A DNA stretch of 50,411 nucleotides from Dehalococcoidia bacterium (lineage in GTDB: Bacteria > Chloroflexota > Dehalococcoidia > GIF9 > AB-539-J10), in NCBI GenBank assembly GCA_003552465.1, contig PULQ01000053.1, positions 1 to 50,411 of the forward strand, read 5' to 3'. Position numbers and translations under genes: made by a program. Shown here one piece after another: positions 50,283 to 50,411 of the stretch (its first letter is position 1; each line of letters starts with the position of its first letter). The notes below the pieces were generated by a model. The model was not told where the DNA came from and did no database searches. It was given only the letters and a program-made list of their open reading frames with translations.

Positions 50283-50411
50283 GCAGGGGGCAGGGGCCAG
50301 GGGGCAGGGGCCAGGGGTCAGGGGTCAGGGGTCAGGGGCCAGGGGTCAGGGGTCAGGGGCCAGGGGCCAGGGGTCAGGGGCCAGGGGCCAGGGGTCAGGG
50401 GCCAGGGGCCA
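50283..50411. repeat. GGGGYCA heptamer microsatellite at the window end
   Basis: Over 15 units of GGGGCCA/GGGGTCA with a few 6-nt variants. Confidence 0.9.

Overview
GC-rich bacterial window, probably a whole contig: it begins inside an IS110 transposase and ends in a heptamer microsatellite. The gene content suggests an anaerobic Chloroflexota (Dehalococcoidia-like) organism (inference from the AglB-type oligosaccharyltransferase, RACo corrinoid activator, GLUG surface proteins and a KRGGQxGNxNARKHGFYS ORF). It encodes an Opp-type ABC operon with a duplicated lipoprotein binding protein, several surface proteins, acyl-CoA ligase, RACo, nfo, pabA/pabC, MgtC, SbcD plus a YhaN-like ATPase, rhomboid, a TAXI binding protein, HDAC, a PPP phosphatase, metK/ahcY, AglB, four toxin-antitoxin modules and several pseudogenes. 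The most striking signals are non-coding: (1) an IS110 left end with a readable bridge-RNA layout whose guides match its own junction; (2) a 36-nt hairpin module seen in both filled and empty states inside REP-like palindromes; (3) a four-helix-bundle gene enclosed by inverted arms built of heptamers, plus many unrelated 7-nt-period arrays; (4) a TTAACA-N5-TTAACA box at identical spacing before all three solute-binding-protein genes. No tRNA, rRNA or CRISPR array was recognised. All calls come from reading the sequence; no database searches were run.
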